From positions 1-64,000 of the IMG/VR virus record IMGVR_UViG_3300020468_000005: DNA of 64,000 bases; one strand, given 5' to 3'. The DNA comes from a virus. Under the pieces are notes generated by a model that was not told the origin of the DNA, ran no database searches, and saw only the letters and a program-made list of their open reading frames with translations. This document shows positions 37,401-46,400 of this stretch, one piece after another. Within the stretch, counting starts at the first letter, position 1; the number at the start of each line of letters is the position of its first letter. A program made the position numbers and the translations under genes.

Positions 37401-38954
37401 AGCGATATTGCATCTGCTATTAGCACACTATGGGGAATAGTAACACAGGCAGTAGGAACAACTGCAGGTGGTTCAGGTAACTTGAATAACGTTACTAGAA
37501 CTGCTTCTGAATCTCCTGAGTTCCAAGTTGAGATTGATACAGTAACATTTGATGGAGTTGATACAACATTTAACGCACAGGTTAATGGTTCAAACTATTC
37601 ATTACCTGCAAGTGATAACTTCTTAATATTCTTGAATAGTATTCTTCAACTTAAAGGTAGTACTGAATCATATACTTACACAGGTAGTGCAATTACATTT
37701 AATGAAGCACCTGTTAGTGGTATGGACTTCTATGGATTCTACTTTGGTAAATTAGTTCTTTTAGATGATCTTTCTCCATTCTTTGACAATAGTAAGGAAA
37801 CCTTTACTATGACACTAAACAATGAACCATTCTCATTAGAGAGTGATAATGAGAATGTAGAACCATCAAATAACTTGATGATATTCATTAATGGAGTATT
37901 CCAAGAACCTGGTGTCGCATACTCTCTTAATGGATCAATTATAAAATTCAGTGAAGCTCCAAGAGCAAATTCTCAAGCATCCTTGTACATCTATACTGGA
38001 TCTGATGAAGATATATTTGTTTCCAATACATTTAACTCAATTGATCCTACAGACAGAATGCAGGTTGCTAGTGAAGGATCTGATCGTTTAATCGCAACAG
38101 TCTCAAGTGCTACTTCAGTTGATACTTACGAATATGTTGGACTTAGACCAACCACTGCTACATTTACAGCAGTATTGACTAATGGTGTTGTTACTAATAT
38201 TATTATTGACAATCCTGGTGAAAATTATGAAGATCCTCCAGTCCTTCTATTCCAAGGAGGTAGTGGAGTTGGTGCTAGTGGAACTACCACTATTGAACCA
38301 GGTAGCGGTAAAGTACTTACTGCTACTATTGCAAATGGTGGTACTGGATATTTAACCGTACCAACAATAGTTCCTGTTCATGCTGTTGATATAGAGAGAA
38401 AATCTAGAGATAGAATCATTTCCAATTCACTTGCTTTGGGATGTACATATCTTACTTCTTCCATAACTGACAGTAGTACAACTCTCAACTGCAAGAATAT
38501 ATACTATGATACTAGTCAAAGAATTGGTTTCCCCGATGAAGGCGAAGTATTGATACCATTCTATGATACAACTGTTACTCCAAACAGATGGAATGTAGAA
38601 AGAATTCTATACGGATCTAGAAATACATCTGCGAATACAATAACCGTAGCAACAGGTGGTAGAGGATATAGAGGAACCACTGCAGCTGCACACACTGTTT
38701 TAACAGGAACATACAGTGCGTCTGGAATAACTTGTACCGTGACTACATCCGCAACTCATAATTATGTGACTGGTATGAAAGTTTTCTTGGACTTTACAAG
38801 TGGACCTACAGCAGAACCAATAAACTGGGGTTTTGATGGAGAGTATGCGGTTACAGTTACATCTGGGAACACATTTACGGTAGAATTCCCATTCAGTCAA
38901 ACATCAAGCGGAAACGTCTCGATTCTGCCAGAAGTTCGTCTGAGATCATTATAA
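25401..38954 (+). CDS. gp7: Giant baseplate wedge initiator gp7 (4517 aa) with YHYH domain, beta-sandwich repeats and a phycobiliprotein-like domain
   Basis: IKDFYASKGT..SF..LFG and HPAGFK gp7 motifs; lies between gp6 and gp8; IGWAYDGHPIYGPYG...LDRYNGR YHYH-type region. Confidence 0.85.
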   Translation: MATNQSSWKVGQWTTPTTTVTTQPVPSEVTAESRSQISHNIPGQFASFIQDEYPTFIEFVKAYYKSQELRGYCFDVINNWGDYYNIDNYGSLIVETDLISSMSTTSTTVDVTTTRDFPDEGLLMIDDEIIYYKNKGQTIFNDCSRGFDAVKAVGTASQYVFAETTAAEHALGAKVVNLNNIFPLFMLGQFKDQYLSTYPKNFSDGVTESTVIKRIKDFYASKGTTRSFQFVLRTLFGVESEVSYPRDRIFKPSDAFFTNREVIRATAVSGDPTELVGEVLYQENDPSDPYVNEARIYVKGVQKVFTASGEIYEIDVDTNNSSGTFVTPYKTTIASDVPSRLDFTTITVDSTLGWPELNGRFRVQDEIITYTNKTVNQFIGCTRAREGTTSDEHIAGQEAFAAFRIYGKSNLDGSDIQIKVYGGTRGVNLTNGGKYYLPKSKVTTPAAPGFDSLDPIWSSFQYNVRKALRGVTAELATPAADGSVRVTVTTREKHRLRRDDKVRILNAAEDIYNNEHDVVGIIDEFKFEFILGSAPSQPILETDGLFFISREFAFGTSVYTSINNLVSQYTADVQNVYKSTDNAIVASTGIPSHKIGPFSVNDPDPGNQRYLKRIPLVPSTKSTKTPTPVGQVGIGVNGVPFFSYKGTSTKKFGGIASITKNDGGDGYDIENPPTVEFEPDYKLNTTYASGNVIKYDDNGTVRRYRAQNPGTSDKITYPTHTSGAVRHGTIDWEYLGLGASAEAIIDGRIIAINVTNGGGGYTRQPIVSISGGGAPNSTQATAVAQITDGRVTGIAVTYSGAGYTKVAGLPNISISGGGGVGAAASAVVRGPINTINITNTGSEYTYEPNITLKSGDGAVGYASILSGKIESIIVTFGGADYFGAPDVVITGDGVGATAFAVVDPTSRQVTSVTVTNKGLGYTTGNTQISIVYPGDGARFTTNLTQLTYNEAATADEIKKNNPSAIFSDRKVVDDANGTVVRGENIGIYDGEYGYFYTPDNLRYYLGDSIESRIPTVADPSPWIEQTPIGHSPIIGWAYDGHPIYGPYGFEDRQNQNPYNSYIQPASSYRIKTSRASILSGLTDPMGTFIEDYEYVEGLGDLDRYNGRYCVTPEYPDGVYAYFTTIDGVSGAPKFPYFVGPDFYSEADEINWNGNGLQRNFTEDAIRFRAPYIGTDQVTAKRKALDSRIDFVLALEDSTTLITLESGEVLQYIEDGIGYFSYYPTIRGGSAQSLTVAATNRYSSTNINDFLVEGGGQGYKVNDRLLFDNTDTGGDGVSATISTITGEPVSTLNYVVNDEDVTIATLTTTNNHYLVGGDQITVSIGDNTYERELKSYLYNSKFYFKYFDLVSYDFITEWTNSTAYNKFDLVFVANRVYQATETATSDSDANNAPTHVSGTVSDGTMLWKYIRKRTDGALIATTTNSQGSGYLPGVYTDVPMLTNGNGKNLILDLTVAANGTISVGSIPTTADRGTAFKIGDTITVDDDNVGSNGGSGFQLTVTQISLEAVVRTDAAHQLGVGDIVDFKGMNVGTYNGDFTVVRTETLRRFTISVNQLGTNAAPNITSSVVSVREPKFQFINGHSYKFDTSDSTLNNVTLAFTLDPLNTDIFTYKNITDEVVDTQTLQQTSITLKVVDLPGIFYYFDLAGQYSITGSYFTIMNEPLAGTNILLSKTDTTASYATALEPEVNYDASNTITYSTNSIYPTGGVSTISIGDSGRNYESLPQLSGSTRAGAGATAVATISGVLSGVSVTNKGSGYNPASLPTGVVTLPDFVDLTLTNVLGSGSFAVNEIIISQSAQGTQTARGKVISWDPLSSTLRIQPLQNGRTGAANKGYIMFTTFAANNDRGKVFSSDSQATISAVSGAQATVLCSIPSSGPDVGRLSEVTVNGPGSNYRAAPNIILDDPDFGLVNTVTITTNTTGLTPGQYTGVTQSAVNPTGGTNVEFTVTSGAGGTVEQVVVTNGGGTYRLGDIITIPGNQIGGATTANDITVTVTVLTHIDPASTLCSLNATVDSITITNTGSGYLSAPDVLVSGGSGINAKFNASIQNQGISAINIEAGGELFQNAPVVNITQKTGTGASVLLKSTDLGKILKIGGDNITFNYSHDRTLKPELNTTFNLQLTRTQVIDYLEVTDGGANFVAIPEIVLTGGSGSLFDLRAVIENEVIQSVEVRNPGRGFLSAPSVSARITHNWVGLRSNSTLNFPYNAKIPTGTKVTLNENIGTFPTPLVTNTTYYAIAATLANGLANNQIRLATTQANAIAGTYINFTGDPIGDANGLTEFTLSSTDLGDIITAYMKPANFLVGERVYQGTSTTTYTAFGIIKDWDSRGRILSVEIIEGDFLSGEPVFGEESAAFGEIHAFDRADATFNVSPISTSAEGWERTTGFLDVNEQRIYDSDRFQEYSYEISSPININKWKNPLKFAAHPAGFKVLGTQVVLESSAKIYRSKSTINSNYSSNEPWAWWVESPQPNLQTFNGTTYVFPKPSARSTGKLATIKNFALGDPDYSAAVPTEVQIFGRQLLDIQKILSCISYKIDDISSSFDGSTTVFNLTISGATVTTKIGKTSIKEQFLVTINGIVQNPNNYTFANDAITFSVAPKANSVALIMYYDRASYTSSFQLDQIGDEIKAFDITNGLTGGTGYADGTYTAIPLRNKIGSGVGATADITVSNGYVSNVVLNNSGDGFRDDGIVGISEIGKPLTNSYTPSTATYAPSTGVLELTVGSHTLSAPTTATATDIDYNPNTGIMTVTLVSHGLEAGDQVKFADNSITLSCAFGGASGAAAQKTYPRSTDYASDRWLEVSNITVNTFDVQVLDSIPSTNVDPHSFVSAVAGGISIAQSTVRFSNNAITFSCGFGGGGNRSYPRSTDPIAGKNVPVDAITSTTFTINALNGTTPTNTDAHTYVGNATAALSPTFVDYDASLGIMKLELANHGLSNGNFIQFTSDSLNFICSRDNYATTTAYPRGSDPAAVNWLNVFDVETNSFKVQVGANIEKAFTPTGATYTASTGSLTLDIENHGFTAATEHTATDATFNTTTGIVTITSASHGFAAGDRVKIKDSSITMSCGYNGGGQESYPKPGQPISGKWITVRAITQDTFDIQCLKDAPCSNSDAHTFVSATANGILHAKSVISIDDEALTFTCTQDDDFSRKSYPRTTDPASRELLGIEAVTTDTLTVNVGASPQVTFTPTNAVYTPSTGVLVLTIGNHTLPVGTGISIDVNSLKFRCDMENDGTLIAGNLSNLGASLHNYPRPTDPAAKSNLYITETTGTTITVNVKPSVTVNYQPTDAALNLANGDLSLTIGAHQFRGEKTFTPTAVDYTPNTGLATLTIKGHTIQAGDFVQVAKESLTFTCAQDSHQTNHSYPRTTDPVYREWIQVISVTNDTILLNFYSTVAGNSAHLFVSAADDCIALKGDTIKLTDGSIVMSCDNGGVSNQSYPRTDTISYTPTGADYDPSTGVMTVTHGGGAGAFVNGDQVKFDDNAIVFTCAAGGGTHAYPRPGDPASGRWLTIWNADDTTFKVQVLDTIPSTNTSVHVFSSAVNNGTKKKKDWAYDRPIPIKSVGYTSHAVTNATYDPSTGVLVATVAGHGFSNGEYVKVNQSALKFTCNKDSNATVKSYPTLEDPYYDEWVKVRNVTTDTFEINVGVAGPNGQHTHTFVPEGKLTPTLGAYNPTTGVMTITIPDHGFVAGDEIKVDDNAFRFTCLEDFDTSYHDYPRNTDPISGQWVKIYNVTTNTFDIQVLNSVPSTNTTTHTFISAVANSITRSAIKKQTGVITFNTNNRDAAITHQYAHSFVSASATAVIAGGNYTHTFIQSTSGAVKTGGDYVHTFVNAKPTSVKYGYTHLYTGNAIANPVTRGLVTSGGHAYDRLADAGRLIRANLDFIATTAYGRMLALNPTFDGDLYKRKCIRDTKLISEAVANNIEFGGNDGVYDAANFYVGTVHLTGEEDQSVQVFNAARDICREVMRNITVTTNYVTEGSQVKDLTITNDSGDNTYTTADCSDIASAISTLWGIVTQAVGTTAGGSGNLNNVTRTASESPEFQVEIDTVTFDGVDTTFNAQVNGSNYSLPASDNFLIFLNSILQLKGSTESYTYTGSAITFNEAPVSGMDFYGFYFGKLVLLDDLSPFFDNSKETFTMTLNNEPFSLESDNENVEPSNNLMIFINGVFQEPGVAYSLNGSIIKFSEAPRANSQASLYIYTGSDEDIFVSNTFNSIDPTDRMQVASEGSDRLIATVSSATSVDTYEYVGLRPTTATFTAVLTNGVVTNIIIDNPGENYEDPPVLLFQGGSGVGASGTTTIEPGSGKVLTATIANGGTGYLTVPTIVPVHAVDIERKSRDRIISNSLALGCTYLTSSITDSSTTLNCKNIYYDTSQRIGFPDEGEVLIPFYDTTVTPNRWNVERILYGSRNTSANTITVATGGRGYRGTTAAAHTVLTGTYSASGITCTVTTSATHNYVTGMKVFLDFTSGPTAEPINWGFDGEYAVTVTSGNTFTVEFPFSQTSSGNVSILPEVRLRSL
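33510..36950 (+). repeat. About 11 protein-level repeats (~100 aa; Y.P.TG...HG...TF.C...YPR.TDP...H.FV.A) in gp7
   Basis: Eleven YP(R/K/T) cores counted in the translation. Confidence 0.8.
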
Positions 38955-38957
38955 ATA
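38950..38957 (+). promoter_or_regulatory. T4-like late promoter
   Basis: TATAAATA upstream of gp8. Confidence 0.75.
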
Positions 38958-38977
38958 ACAACAAAAGCTTATAAGCA

Positions 38978-40492
38978 ATGGCATTAGTTACTGATAAATT
39001 TAGAATATACGCTGCGGAAAGTTTTAGAGATACACTGCTGACTCAAAATAAAGTCTTTATGTTTGTTGGTAGAGCTAAGTCTTGGGGTAGTACAGATGTA
39101 CCACCCGCAGGTGAGCCGATTGATAGTTTTACCTATCAGTCAGGCACTTATGCTGATTCTGTTGCCTTTAAGCGTGTAGATATTTCAGATACTGCTCTTG
39201 TAGTACCAAGAGTTGATTGGATTGATCCTACACAAACTACAGGTGGTGTGGGACGTACATACTCAATGTATAAACCAGATTATGCACCCGCAAAAACTAC
39301 TGCAAATGGATCTTCCAGATTGTATGATAGTAATTTCTATGTAATGAATTCAGACTTTAACGTCTACAAGTGTCTTTATAATGGACAAACCCCTGAGTAT
39401 CCAAGAGGAAGACCCTCTTTGGTAGAACCAACTGGTACTTCAACCACTATTATCGAAACTGGTGATAGTCCTGGTAGTTACTCCTATCGTTGGAAGTACA
39501 TGTATACTATTGATGCGGATAATATTCTAAAGTTTGTTACTTCTGAATTTGTTCCCGTATTATCAAACTCTCTTGTTAAGTCTGCTGCAGGTGATGGTGC
39601 TATTGATAGTGTAGTTATTGAAAATGCAGGCACTGGTTACAACAACAAAGAATATACTGATGTTCCTATTCGCGGAGATTATGACATCAATGGTGGAACT
39701 CAAGCAAAGTGCACTGTAAAGGTGACTTCTGGTTCTGTTGAATCTGTTACTATCACAACTGCAGGTTCTAAGTATACGTTTGGTACTATTGATGTTGCAC
39801 TCATTCCTAATATCGGAAATGGTGTAAATGCATCTTTAGATGTTGTTATTCCTCCTAATAATGGACATGGTTCTGATGCTGTTAGAGAATTGGGTGCATA
39901 TCGTTTAATGTTTACTAGTAAATTAGAAACTAGTAGTGCATTTGTAGATTTTCCAAATGATTTGACATATAGAAGAGTTGGATTAGTTTTAAATCCTTTT
40001 GATTTCAACACAACAACTGTTTGTAGTCAAAATACTAGATCTGCTGTTAAAGCAATGATTTTCCCTCAGTCAGGCACTGGTACACCCACTGGTGCATTCG
40101 CTCCTGGCGAAACTATTGTTCAAACTACTACGAATGCGAAAGGATTTGTAGTATCATATGATTCCACAACTAAAGTATTGAAATATTATCAAGATTCAGT
40201 TGATGGCACACAAAATGGAAATGTAATTGCGTTCTCTGGTGCTAATCAGATTACATCATCTCAAAATGCTTATACTGCAACTCCAGACACAACGTTTGGA
40301 ACTTCAGCTAATCAACAAACACAGATACAAATTGGTGTCTCTGTGTATGAATTAGGTCTTTCCTTTGTTGGTGGATATGCTAATCAAGAAATCCAAACTA
40401 ACTCTGGAGAAATCCTCTACATAGATAACAGAAACCCAATAACAAGATCTGCGGATCAAAACGAAGAGCTCAAAGTAGTAATTGAATTCTAA
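38978..40492 (+). CDS. gp8: Baseplate wedge subunit gp8
   Basis: FYVMNSDFNVYKCLYN, YRWKYMYTI and SGEILYIDNR..I.R..DQ.E..K..IEF motifs. Confidence 0.9.
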   Translation: MALVTDKFRIYAAESFRDTLLTQNKVFMFVGRAKSWGSTDVPPAGEPIDSFTYQSGTYADSVAFKRVDISDTALVVPRVDWIDPTQTTGGVGRTYSMYKPDYAPAKTTANGSSRLYDSNFYVMNSDFNVYKCLYNGQTPEYPRGRPSLVEPTGTSTTIIETGDSPGSYSYRWKYMYTIDADNILKFVTSEFVPVLSNSLVKSAAGDGAIDSVVIENAGTGYNNKEYTDVPIRGDYDINGGTQAKCTVKVTSGSVESVTITTAGSKYTFGTIDVALIPNIGNGVNASLDVVIPPNNGHGSDAVRELGAYRLMFTSKLETSSAFVDFPNDLTYRRVGLVLNPFDFNTTTVCSQNTRSAVKAMIFPQSGTGTPTGAFAPGETIVQTTTNAKGFVVSYDSTTKVLKYYQDSVDGTQNGNVIAFSGANQITSSQNAYTATPDTTFGTSANQQTQIQIGVSVYELGLSFVGGYANQEIQTNSGEILYIDNRNPITRSADQNEELKVVIEF

Positions 40493-43400
40493 ATGGCACA
40501 GAATACCAACCTTAATATAGCTCCTTACTTCGACGACTTCGATGATAGTAAGGGCTTCCTAAAAGTACTTTTCAAACCTGGCTATCCAGTACAGGCTAGG
40601 GAACTTACTACGCTGCAAAGTTTATTGCAGAATCAGATTGACTCCTTTGGACAAGGTGTTTATAAAGAAGGTGCTCAGGTAATTCCTGGTGGTATTACTT
40701 TGAATAAAGATGTTGCATGTGTAATTATTCAAAACAACTATCTCAATCTTGACGTTGAATTATATCGTACTCAACTTGATAACTTAGTTCTTAAAGGTTC
40801 TACCTCTGGTGTTCGTGCTCGTGTTTTATTTTCTATTAGTTCTACTACATCGACTAGAAATAATATAACTTTTTATATAAATTACTTACAAAAAGCAGAC
40901 GATAACGTCACAACTACCTTTACAGATGGAGAAACACTCACCTGCGAAAGCGACATTACTTACGCAGCTACAACTATTGCTGCTAATACACCTCTTGCTC
41001 AACTCTTAAACTCAAATGCAAATTCTAAGGGTTCTACTGCTAACGTTGGTGCAGGTGTTTATTATACTAGAGGATATTTTGCACCTGTACATGAGCAAAC
41101 TCTAATATTAGATCAGTATGGAACTGATCCAACATATAAAGTAGGTTTAAAGGTAGAAGAAAAAATTATAACTGCTGATGAGGATGAAAGTCTATATGAT
41201 AACGCAATAGGAAGCACAAACTTCTCAGCACCTGGTGCAGATAGGTTTAAAATTAACCTAACATTAATTAAGAAAAATCTTGCGGATCCTAACTCTGCTG
41301 ACTTTATAGAACTACTTAGAACTAATGTTGGAGAAATTGAGAAGAAGGTAGAGAGAAGTGACCTTGGATTTATTCAAGATGTACTTGCCACTAGAACTAA
41401 AGAAGAATCTGGTGACTATTATGTCAAGAAATTTGAGATAGATGCTAGAGAAAATCTTAATGATGGATTTAATAATGGTGTATATGACGCAGGTGCTACG
41501 ACTGGAGATGGCAATACAGCTGATGAAGCAAACATAGCAATACAATTATCCAGTGGTCAAGCTTATATTTCTGGATATAGAACAGAGCGTTTATCTACAA
41601 CATATAAGGATGTAGCTAAACCAAGAACCTTTGTCGGAGAAAATAACAAATATATTGCTACTGATATTGGAAATTATGTCTTTATGACAAATGGCCACAA
41701 AGCACCTGCCATATATGAAATTATTAACTTAAGAGATGAAATAACTGGAACTCCTGGTACTGCAGCTGGTAATATTATTGGTCAAACAAGAGTTCTCAAC
41801 TTTTCTTATGAATCAGGTACGGTTAACAACCAAAGTACGGTTTACCGTACAAACTTAGTTGATACCAAGTTTTTTACTAGACTTGATTGCCAATCAAATG
41901 TTAACTGGCAGTTAGGCGACTTTGTTGTGGGTAGAACTTCTGGTGCTACTGGATTCGTAGCAATTACTAATTCATCTAGTCAAGTAGGATATCTTAGTGA
42001 TGTAATAGGAACATTTACACAAAACGAACAATTAGATTTAAACGCAGCAAGTAGCGGTACTAATATTGGACAGTTAGATAATAATACTTCTGCTGTTAAA
42101 TCTTATAACTTTAGTGATGTAAAGTCATATAGTTTTGGAAGTAATGGAACTGCTGATGCGGTATTGGATGTCAAGGTAGCATTACCTGGTTCAGGTCCTA
42201 TTATCTCGTCTCAAAGTGGGTCTGGTACGTCTCAAACTGCGACTGTAACTGCAACTCTTTCTAACTTTAATGTTCAGTTAAAAGTGGGTGATATCGTTGA
42301 GTTTACAAATGCTAATATAGCACATAAAGTCAAAGTTACTGCTGTTACTGATGCATTCTCCTTTACTATACAGAAGATTGAAGCTGGTGCTGGTAATATG
42401 ACCGATAGTGCCATTACTGGTCAGATAGTTAGATCACGTCCTGAAGTTAAAGATGCACAAAAGAATAAATTAGTTACTGCTCTTGGATATGATGCAGTAA
42501 AGAATACTAATAAGAATAATACTCAGAATCCAACAGGATCATTTAGAAAGTATTTTGCTGGTGGGGCAGCATCTGGAGGGCAACTTGGTTTTAATGCAGG
42601 TTCTGGTCTTGTATTTACCAATACTAATAATAATGATACATTCTTGCTTATTAATAATACTAATGGTGATTTGTTACAAGCACCTTCTACTGACGTAGCT
42701 ACTGGGCAAAATGTTCAAGTTAGTGGATTGTCAGGTACTAATAATTACTCTCTAATTGCTACAGTTAGTGCTTCCGATAGATCTGCTAAGGGAAAAACCA
42801 CGGAAAGGATGAAAATCCTTAAAATAGATAAGAGTTTTGCTGCTGGTGTTAATGGTCTAACACAGGAAAACGCTACAGGAGATGGGTATGGATATAGAGT
42901 AGATGATGCTAGAATCTCACTTGGAAGTGGAGATGTATTTAAGATAAAAGCAATATACGAAGCTAATGGTAGCACTGCAACTGCGGACAATACAATACCT
43001 AATATGCAGTTTACCAACTTAGTTGGTACTCTTTCTACTGATGAAGTAATAACTGGAGATACATCTGGTGCAAGAGGAAGAATAGTTGCTGTTGGTGGTA
43101 ATAGTAATCAAATCTATTTTATTCCAGTAGAAGATGATAAGTTTACCGATGGTGAGACTGTAACTGCACCTAATGCTACTTTAAAACTTATTGCTGGAAC
43201 TGTTCAGTCGGGTGGAAAGAATATAACAGATAGTTATGATCTAGATGATGGGCAGAGAGATCAGTTTTATGATTATTCATCTATCGTTAGAAAATCTGGT
43301 TATGCAGCACCTACACATCAAGTGTTAGTAATATATGATCGTTTTCTTACCACTGCAGGTATCAATCCATATACCGTAGATTCTTATGATACTGCGGATT

Positions 43401-46400
43401 ATAAGATTATTCCAAATTATGATGGTGAGGAATTAAGAGATAGTGTTGATTTTAGACCGATTGTTCCTGAGAAATTGGCAAATACAGGATCTGTAACTAG
43501 TCCCTTTACTTTAAATGGTACAGAATTCTTTGATTTTGGTAGTAGAGCATTCACTGGTAACGAGACTGGTGTACCAGGTCCTGGTGAGACTACTATTATA
43601 AGTTTGGAACATTATCTTGCTAGAGTTGATAAAGTCTTTATGAATAAAGACAATGAAATTCAAGTAGTAAAAGGAGCTCCTAGCACTAACCCTGTTGAAC
43701 CAGAAGACATTGAAGATGCAATGTTACTGGCAACAATCAACTACAATCCATACGTATTTGATGTTGACAAAGATGTTAGTATCAGAGAAACTAACTTCAA
43801 GAGATATACTTTTAGAGATATACAACAGTTAGAAGATAGAATTAAGACACTCGAATATTATACACAATTATCACTACTTGAAAGTGAGACTGCAAGTATG
43901 GAAATTAGAGACACTAGTGGTCTTAGCAGATTTAAAAATGGATTTGTAGTAGATAACTTTGCAAGTCTTTCAACTAGTGATACTTTACATCGAGACTATA
44001 GAGTATCTCTTGATTTTGATGAAGGTCAATGTCGCCCATCTCATTATACTACTCAAGTACCTCTTACATTTTCTACAGCATCTACTAATGTACAGCAAAC
44101 TGGAGATCTTGTAACACTTCCATATACAAGCACAGTTCTTTTAGATCAACCATATTCTTCAGGTGTTGAGAATGTTAACCCATTTAACGTATTCACATAT
44201 GTTGGAGATATTCAGTTGCATCCAGAGTCTGATAACTGGGTAGATACTAAAACTCTTAATCCTGTTAAAGGTCCTGTTGTAGAAGGTAACTTCCTTACTA
44301 CTGTTAGAGAGTATAATGCTGACCAGAATGGTTTTTCTCCAACTCAATGGAACTCATGGAAAACTACATGGACTGGGAAAACTAAATCAGTAGATGTTGG
44401 TAGTTGGAGAAGAAGAACAAAAAGATCTAGAGTTAGAACTATTACTACTACTAGAACAACTACTAGAAAACAAACAAGAACAGGTATCAGGTATAGAGTT
44501 ACTCCTGTTATTGAGCAGAAGTCACTAGGTAACAAGGTTGTTTCTGTAGACCATATTCAGTTTATGCGTTCTAGAAACATTGAGTTTAATTGTAAGAAAT
44601 TAAAACCAAGAACTAAGTTCTTTGGATTTTTTGATGGTATTGCTCTACCTACTAAATTAGTTACACCTAAAATTATTGGTTTGACTAAGGATTCATCTAG
44701 TGATTCTAAAACAAACAATATTCCTTTCCAAGTTGGTGAGACAGTATATGTCAACTCAGCTGGATCTCCTGGTTTTACACCTAAGAAAGGATTTAGATTT
44801 AAGGCAAGAGTTGCAGCACCTAATGAAGGATTTGAAATAAATCCATTAGACGGAACTGATATCCAATCTACTAATGACTATACATCTAACTTAGGTTTCC
44901 TTAACATTGATACTAAGTCTCTTGCTGATCAGGCAAAGGGAACTTATTATGGTTCACCTAAAATTAATGATTATATTATTGGAGAAACTTCTGGTGCAAT
45001 TGCTAAAGTAACAAGTAAAGACTTGATCAGTGACAAGAGAGGTAAACTTAGAGGATCATTCTTTATAGATTCACCTAAGGGTACAGGTAATCTTAAATTC
45101 AAGACTGGTAATAAATTATTCAGACTTACTGATGATGCATCCGATAGTAAGGTTATTGGTGTATCTGATTCTAGTGCTGAGGTAGAATTTACTTCTTCTG
45201 GTATCTTACAGACAGTGCAAGATCAAATTATATCTGTAAGAAATGCTAAGGTTACATCTGAAGAAATGTTCGACTCTAGAACTGTTAAAGATACTAAGCA
45301 ATCTAAAAAGAATGAAGTTAGATTCTGTGACCCACTTGCACAAACCTTCCTTATTGAAGATTCATCATTAGAAGGTGGGGTATTCTTAACTAAGATTGAT
45401 ATATTCTTCTTTACTAAGGATGAGGAAATTCCAGTATCATTAGATATTAGAACTGTAGTTAATGGTAATCCAACTCAAATAATTGTACCTCTTTCTAAAG
45501 TTATTAAAGATCCTGAGGATGTATTCATATCTGCAGATGCTTCTAAACCAACTTCATTTGAGTTTGAATCTCCAGTATACCTACCATTCAGACAGGAACA
45601 TGCTATTGTATTGACTTCTGACTCTAACCAGTATAAGGTATTCATCTCTATTCTTGGTGAAGATGCTATAGATGCTGCACATGCAGGAGAAAAAATTTCT
45701 GAGCAACCATACATCGGTGTATTGTTCAAGTCACAGAACGCATCTACATGGACACCATCACAGTATGAAGACTTGATGTTTAAGATCTATAGAGCAGAAT
45801 TTGCATTACCAAGCACATCATCTAATAGTAAACTTGTACTAGAAAATGCACAACTTGGTGAATCTAATGGTGGTTTCTTAAATCTTGCAGCTAACTCCAT
45901 GCAAATGACTGCAGGTCAAGATGAGATTAGAGTATTCCATGGTAATCACGGTATGCAGTCACCACTTAACTATGTACAGATAAGCGGTGTAACATCTGAA
46001 GTTCCAGATACTGCACTTACATCTACTATTAGTACAACGGGTACCTCCACATTTACAGTTACTAACGCAGCATTATTCCATACCACTATGGGTGGATCTG
46101 CGATAAGTAATTCAAATCCAGGTTTTGTAAGAATTCTTGGAGAAGCAGAAGATGGCAGTGGAGATGAGATTATTGCATATAGTGGTATAAATTCAAACAC
46201 TATAACAATTGCTTCCAATGGACGTAACCATAGTGGTAGTGCAGGTGGATCAACTGGTTTATCACATTCATCTGGTGCTATTGTACAATGTTACAATCTA
46301 AATGGAATTCCACTTACATCAATCAATGCTACTCATACTGCACCTGGTGGAATTATATCTATCAACAGTCCTCATAGTTACAATCTAAAAGTAACTGGTA

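Noticed and set aside
25401-38954. Intein or intron explaining the size of gp7
   Set aside because: No splice-junction or homing-endonuclease motifs seen; the length is explained by repeats and accessory domains.
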